A stretch of 61,342 nt of DNA, counting the filler, from Archaeoglobus sp. JdFR-37 (lineage in GTDB: Archaea; Halobacteriota; Archaeoglobi; Archaeoglobales; Archaeoglobaceae), in assembly GCA_002010215.1 (NCBI GenBank). It is 5 parts of 5 records of this genome, joined end to end, with 100 filler letters (N's around TTAATTAATTAA, not from the genome) between each part and the next. Parts side by side here need not be neighbours in the genome. Positions count along the whole stretch, not along the records: positions 52,494 to 61,342 come from MTMY01000013.1; 4 more parts are not named here. One strand, given 5' to 3'. The notes below the pieces were generated by a model. That model ran no database searches and was not told the origin of the DNA. It saw only the letters and a list, made by a program, of their open reading frames with translations. Position 1 is the stretch's first letter; each line of letters opens with the position of its first letter. This document shows positions 56,691 through 61,342 of the stretch, in pieces. Position numbers and translations under genes: made by a program.

Positions 56691-57668
56691 TCACGTATTT
56701 GAATAAGTTAATGGTGGCAAATCGGTGTGGCAGATTCTGCATTTATCCTCATTTACAATTGGTTTGTGGGTGATTTCAGGATGACATCGCAGACAATCAA
56801 GTTTGAGACTGTCAACATGAATTTGATGCATTTGCAAGTCTGGCAGCGTCACGTTCTCAATAGCTTTCAGATGGCACTTTTGGCAATTCAGGCTCATATT
56901 CCCAACTTCGATATAGGTCTTATCATGACAGAGCTCACATTTTATGCCTCTGTCAACGTGCATGGTGTGGTTGAATATGTATCCATTAAGCCTGACATCC
57001 ACTTGCGGACTTCCGTGACATGAAGGACAGCCGCTGATAGGTACACCTTCAGGAGTCTTGTAGAAGTGGCAGACAAAGCAGGTGGAATCTCTTACAGCAA
57101 TATGACTGCCAATTACAAGCTCGCTGTGGCAGCTAACGCACTGAAGCCTGATAAAACCCCTCTTATAACCCTCAAGATGATTTCGGTGGCTGAATGACAT
57201 GTTCTTGTACTCAATTTTCTGAATTTCGATTACATCATGATGGCAGGCGAGACAGTTCTCGTTGGATATGTTGGCAGGGATATCAATATACGGTGGAACA
57301 TCTGGCTGGAGTGCGGAGAGGGAGTGGTAGGTACCCCTCAGGAAATTTACTGGCCCCTTTCCGAAATGACATTCGTAGCATTTTATTCCGCGATGCGTGG
57401 ACTCATTCCAGCTTTCGAAATATTTCTCCATTCCGTGGCATGCTGTACATATTCGGGGGTCGCTGGTGTATTCAATGCCAATAAAAGCCGTATTAAAGGC
57501 AAAAATCAGAAAAACAACAAGAAAAAGAAAGGTTAATTCTGGAGGCCTTCTTTTGACCTCTACTAACTTATCCCCCTTTCTACGCCACTCTTTCCCGCAC
57601 ACCTCGCATTTGAGTATTCTCCCCTCAGACTCGTTTTCAGAGGTACAAAATGGACACTTCCACTTCAT
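56691..57668 (-). CDS. Decaheme cytochrome c (NapC-like) with N-terminal zinc ribbon
   Basis: CPFC...CEVCG, TM, then 10 CxxCH; start MKWKCPFC. Confidence 0.88.
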   Translation of the reverse strand: MKWKCPFCTSENESEGRILKCEVCGKEWRRKGDKLVEVKRRPPELTFLFLVVFLIFAFNTAFIGIEYTSDPRICTACHGMEKYFESWNESTHRGIKCYECHFGKGPVNFLRGTYHSLSALQPDVPPYIDIPANISNENCLACHHDVIEIQKIEYKNMSFSHRNHLEGYKRGFIRLQCVSCHSELVIGSHIAVRDSTCFVCHFYKTPEGVPISGCPSCHGSPQVDVRLNGYIFNHTMHVDRGIKCELCHDKTYIEVGNMSLNCQKCHLKAIENVTLPDLQMHQIHVDSLKLDCLRCHPEITHKPIVNEDKCRICHTDLPPLTYSNT

Positions 57669-57669
57669 G

Positions 57670-58860
57670 CTATACTCTCTCTGCCAGATCAACGCTTATA
57701 TGCTTTTCCGGTTGAGTCACACTGGGTGCCATTTTTCTCTCAGGGAATGGTGGCAGGAAATATGCGACAATAGCCATTATTGCGAAGGGTGCCAGCAGAA
57801 CACCAATGGCTGCTAAAAGACCTTCTTTACCAAAGAGAGGTGGTGAGTAGCCTATGAAGCCCCTAAGGCTGTAATCCACAAGCTGGGCTCCGATAACCAT
57901 GTTCCATCTCATGGCGAATACTACGATGAGGACTGATATTGCCACTATGGTATATATAGCCTGTTTTGCTGTCCCTCTCAAGTTTCTACCGAATCTCAGG
58001 AAGAGCAAAGCCTCCATTGAGCCTATTACCACAATCATCTGGGGAATCACCAGTTCACTTGCTGTTATCTTTATAACGGCCCAGGCAACGTCTTCTTTGT
58101 AGGCGTAGAGGATTGTGTTAATCATCTCAAGTCCAAAGGCTGCCAGAAGGAAAAAGAACAGATAGTATGCGATTGTATCTACCACTTTCTCTCTTGCCTC
58201 TCTGCGATATATCTTGCATGCAATGATGTATACCAGTATGACCAGTGCTGAACCGGCAGCAAGTCCACCAAATACGAAGCTCACTGGCAGAATTGTGGTG
58301 TTCCACCATGGGTTGGATTTGACAACGCCAAACAGGAATGAGACGTAGCTGAGACACCAGGCAGCTATTAGCTCGATGAATGTGAGCACCTTTATTATTC
58401 TGTGGTCAAGTTTCAAGGATTTCTCGCTTATGTCGTAGACCCCCAGGGTCAGAAGCCTGTAAACAAGCCTTTTGATGGAATTTCCTTCATTCTTGGCATA
58501 AATCACAATATCTCTTCTGAAGCTGAACCACATCTCACCTAGAAGGGTGAAGAGTTCTGTTAAGTAGACAATGCCGAAGACTGCCATCACTGAGCTGAAA
58601 TTTGGGGTGACGTAGATTTCGAATGCTCTTTGAGGCTGGCCGAGGTCGAGAAGCAGCGGTAGAAGGGCTGAGAGAACGAAAGGCAAAGTGGCAACTAAAA
58701 TGAGTTTCTCTGCATCCTTCAAATCTTTTCTCCAGAACTCTGAAATGGCGTAAATAGTGACCATGCCTGTAATTATGCTGACAAGGTATGGATAGACGAC
58801 GATTAAGACGCCCCAGAACACTTCGTGATTCGGGTAAACGTATCCTTCAATGGCGTGCAT
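57670..58860 (-). CDS. NrfD/PsrC-family quinol-interacting membrane subunit
   Basis: WGVLIVVYPY, DLGQPQRA, SVMA, PWWNT, MRWNMVIGAQ. Confidence 0.9.
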   Translation of the reverse strand: MHAIEGYVYPNHEVFWGVLIVVYPYLVSIITGMVTIYAISEFWRKDLKDAEKLILVATLPFVLSALLPLLLDLGQPQRAFEIYVTPNFSSVMAVFGIVYLTELFTLLGEMWFSFRRDIVIYAKNEGNSIKRLVYRLLTLGVYDISEKSLKLDHRIIKVLTFIELIAAWCLSYVSFLFGVVKSNPWWNTTILPVSFVFGGLAAGSALVILVYIIACKIYRREAREKVVDTIAYYLFFFLLAAFGLEMINTILYAYKEDVAWAVIKITASELVIPQMIVVIGSMEALLFLRFGRNLRGTAKQAIYTIVAISVLIVVFAMRWNMVIGAQLVDYSLRGFIGYSPPLFGKEGLLAAIGVLLAPFAIMAIVAYFLPPFPERKMAPSVTQPEKHISVDLAERV

Positions 58861-59583
58861 TTACCACACCTCCCATCCTATCTGCTGATAGAATACCTTT
58901 GGCTTGGTGTTCAGTTCTGGCTTCAGGATCTTGATTGTAGGGTCTTTCAGCCGCTTGGCAATCACTTCATCATCAGGTTTTCCGAAGATTCTCGCTCCTG
59001 TAGGGCAGACAGTTACGCAAGCTGGTTTTAATCCCCTTTTTACTCTGTGATAGCACCAAGTGCACTTATCTACCACGTGCTTTTCCTCATCGAAATATCT
59101 GGCTCCATAGGGGCATGCCTGGATGCAGTACCTACATCCTATGCAGTGATCCTTATCGATGAGAACAAAGCCCTCTTCGTTGAGCCATGTTGCATTAACC
59201 GGGCACACTTTGACACATGGTGGTTTCTGGCAATGCATGCATAGCTTAGGAACGAAATAAGCCCTCAAAAGGTTTGGAGGTCTTGGAACCTCATCAAATC
59301 CATGCTCCCCACCCTCAGGTGACTCAACGTAAACCTTTTCAACACCGTTCTCCATCCAGACAACGTACCTCTCTACCCAGGTTCTGTATTTCTCTTCTGG
59401 AACTTCATTCTCTGCTCTACAAGCCCTTACACAAGCTCCACAGCCTATGCATCGTGATGAATCAATGACGAAAACGTACACGCTATCCATTCCAGAGGAG
59501 GTGCTGGGCAATGCAAGTATGTACGCAGCAGTAACCATCGACTTCAGAAACATTCTTCGCGTAATCATGCTGTGCGCCATCAT
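58861..59583 (-). CDS. NrfC/DmsB-like 4x[4Fe-4S] protein, Tat-exported
   Basis: TRRMFLK; CIGCGACVRAC, CMHCQKPPCVKVCP, CIGCRYCIQACPY, KCTWC...PACVTVCP. Confidence 0.92.
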   Translation of the reverse strand: MMAHSMITRRMFLKSMVTAAYILALPSTSSGMDSVYVFVIDSSRCIGCGACVRACRAENEVPEEKYRTWVERYVVWMENGVEKVYVESPEGGEHGFDEVPRPPNLLRAYFVPKLCMHCQKPPCVKVCPVNATWLNEEGFVLIDKDHCIGCRYCIQACPYGARYFDEEKHVVDKCTWCYHRVKRGLKPACVTVCPTGARIFGKPDDEVIAKRLKDPTIKILKPELNTKPKVFYQQIGWEVW

Positions 59584-59595
59584 GCTACCACCCTA

Positions 59596-60057
59596 TCACC
59601 CAAACCACGGATAATGCGGATCATGGCACACTGTGCACGGCCGATCGAGGTATCCATGGCTCTCCCAATCTTCTAGCAGTCTGTAGTCTGACCTTCCTAG
59701 AACTGGTTTATGGCAGTTTAAGCAGAATTCTCTAGTATTTTCAACGCCCATGTCTTTGGGCGGATGTCCCCCTCCATATCCATGACACGTCTCGCAATCG
59801 AATTTATGACCACCTTTCTCGGAAAGTTCATACTCTTTCTGGTGACACTCTCTGCAGTATTCTTTTCCAGTATATTTAGGTTCTTTGAGAAGCTCTTTCT
59901 GGTTTCTATCCATTCCGTAATGTCCAGAAACACCCATCAACCTGTCAGCATAACCCGGGTATATCTCTTCGCCCAAGGAATTCAAAACAAAAATGCCACC
60001 AATAAAAACTACAAGAATTAAAATAAAAAGAGCTAAAGCACGAACTACATGTTTCAT
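59596..60057 (-). CDS. Membrane-anchored tetraheme cytochrome c
   Basis: N-terminal TM; CRECH, CETCH, CLNCH, CTVCH. Confidence 0.88.
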   Translation of the reverse strand: MKHVVRALALFILILVVFIGGIFVLNSLGEEIYPGYADRLMGVSGHYGMDRNQKELLKEPKYTGKEYCRECHQKEYELSEKGGHKFDCETCHGYGGGHPPKDMGVENTREFCLNCHKPVLGRSDYRLLEDWESHGYLDRPCTVCHDPHYPWFG

Positions 60058-60100
60058 TCAGGTACCCCCGAAAATCTCCCTGAAAAATAAAACTGGGGAA

Positions 60101-60403
60101 TTACCCGGAGACCTCTTCTTTCTCCTCGACTCCTAGGAATGCCTGTACAGCCATCACAGTAAGAGTGCCAACTGTGAGCAGCAGGATGACGCTGATGCTG
60201 CTGAAGGCTATGATGGCTCCGAAGAAGCCCATGTTACCGTAGATAGCATCTAGCAGCACAACACCAATAACAGGGAAGACTGCTGCCAGAGTTAGAACAC
60301 TGAGAATCTCCCACTGTTTTAGATATCCAACCAGCAAATTCAGTATCGCACCGATTATACCCACGGCCACGAAAACCATAACGAGGTCGGCCATTTTAAT
60401 CAC
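60101..60403 (-). CDS. Small 3-TM membrane protein
   Basis: Hydrophobic ORF heading the cytochrome cluster. Confidence 0.6.
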   Translation of the reverse strand: MIKMADLVMVFVAVGIIGAILNLLVGYLKQWEILSVLTLAAVFPVIGVVLLDAIYGNMGFFGAIIAFSSISVILLLTVGTLTVMAVQAFLGVEEKEEVSG

Positions 60404-60693
60404 CCCCAGTGTTTACTACTACTTTATCATTTATAAAACCATATCGGTTATTCTATAATAATTTGTAACTTATTTTTTTGTAAACTATTATATTGACATT
60501 CAGTTGAGAATTAGGAATGCCGCCTAAACTTTTCCGGTAAGTTAAAAAATAATTTTCGATTATTTCTCCTTTAAAAGGCAAATTAGGGGTGAATTACCGA
60601 TAATTATTGATGTTAATTTGAGATCAGCACGAATTAAGCACAAATCTCGAAAAATTTAACTACTGAATGTTTCCCCCCTCAGATGTGGTTGCT

Positions 60694-60936
60694 ATGCCAG
60701 CAGTGGATGTCGAAAAACGGGTTGCTGATACTCCCGATAAATTGTGGAAATTTCTATTCATGTTGATTTTTGCAGTAATAGCTATTATGGGACTTCAGAT
60801 GCTCGGATTCTGGGTATGGGTGACAAGCTCAAAGGCCATACCATTTACTGAAGCTATGGGCTATGTGGTAGCATCCTTGTTGGCTTTGATAGTGGGGGCT
60901 GTAGGGCTTTTCATGGTTTATTTATGGAAGTCCTAA
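60694..60936 (+). CDS. Small 2-TM membrane protein
   Basis: Two TMs; start MPAVDVEK after GTGG. Confidence 0.6.
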   Translation: MPAVDVEKRVADTPDKLWKFLFMLIFAVIAIMGLQMLGFWVWVTSSKAIPFTEAMGYVVASLLALIVGAVGLFMVYLWKS

Positions 60937-61139
60937 GGGAAGCCTTAAGGTTTAGACTTTAGCTTTAAGCTTTTTTAAGGCTTAAATTTCATTTTGGATT
61001 ACTTACTCTTAGGTAATTTTAACCTAAACTAAAATTTACAATGATGCAAAATCCCGTATAAGCAATGCAGCAAAAAAGGCAGTAAAAAAGCTGCTCGACC
61101 ATGCAAAGGTCCGTTCCCAGTATATACCTGGAACCAGCG

Positions 61140-61342
61140 AAGCGCTCCGGCACGGGCTTTAGTGACCGCGGGCTGAACGGCTCGGTTGCCCTTGCCGCTT
61201 ACACCCCGGCCCTATCAAACGGGTCTTTTACCCGCGCCCTTATGGGCGGCTCTTTTCGGGGGCGGTTTCAGGCTTAGATGCTTTCAGCCTTTAACCGCGT
61301 GGCGCGTAGCTGCCCGGCAGTGCCCTGCCGGACAACCGGTAG
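61140..61342 (-). rRNA. rrl: 23S rRNA 3' end (continues beyond window; 3' boundary approximate)
   Basis: GC-rich sequence containing GCTTAGATGCTTTCAGC and CCTATCAA, reverse complements of conserved 23S 3'-domain sequences. Confidence 0.93.

Noticed and set aside
206..60021. Numerous short antisense or overlapping ORFs in the six-frame track
   Set aside because: Shadow ORFs of well-supported genes with no recognisable motifs.
60930..61000. Clustered TTAAG/CTTAAG short repeats
   Set aside because: Low-complexity AT-rich region between convergent transcripts; no repeat-spacer periodicity, so not CRISPR.

Overview
The window is five unrelated contigs (1-13769, 13870-27023, 27124-40008, 40109-52393, 52494-61342) joined by artificial 100-nt N/TTAATTAATTAA spacers. 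Gene content (SepRS, MfnE/MfnF, aEF-1beta, beta-oxidation genes, PGF-CTERM proteins, archaeal 23S rRNA) points to an Archaeoglobales-like euryarchaeon. Contig 1: iorA start, two GC-rich hydrolases, MtaD/DadD, an unannotated 27-aa CbpA-like precursor with its radical SAM/SPASM maturase, a ClC, and a cstA/cory-CC-star-like/Get3-like/DUF59/membrane-protein operon. Contig 2: nitrilase, orphan solute-binding protein and an AbfD-containing beta-oxidation cluster. Contig 3: housekeeping genes, a MaoC pseudogene and an RHH-PurM-fold fusion. Contig 4, the strongest candidate for an undescribed system: an IclR-linked cluster with an SSS transporter, MhpD/E/F lower-pathway enzymes, two atypical LarA (nickel-pincer)-fold proteins, a divergent QPRTase, a Mog/MoaB-like protein and a ferredoxin, without larB/C/E. 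Contig 5: a ~40-heme multiheme cytochrome/NrfCD/Rieske cluster and the 3' end of 23S rRNA. All family calls are from motif recognition by eye; no searches were run.
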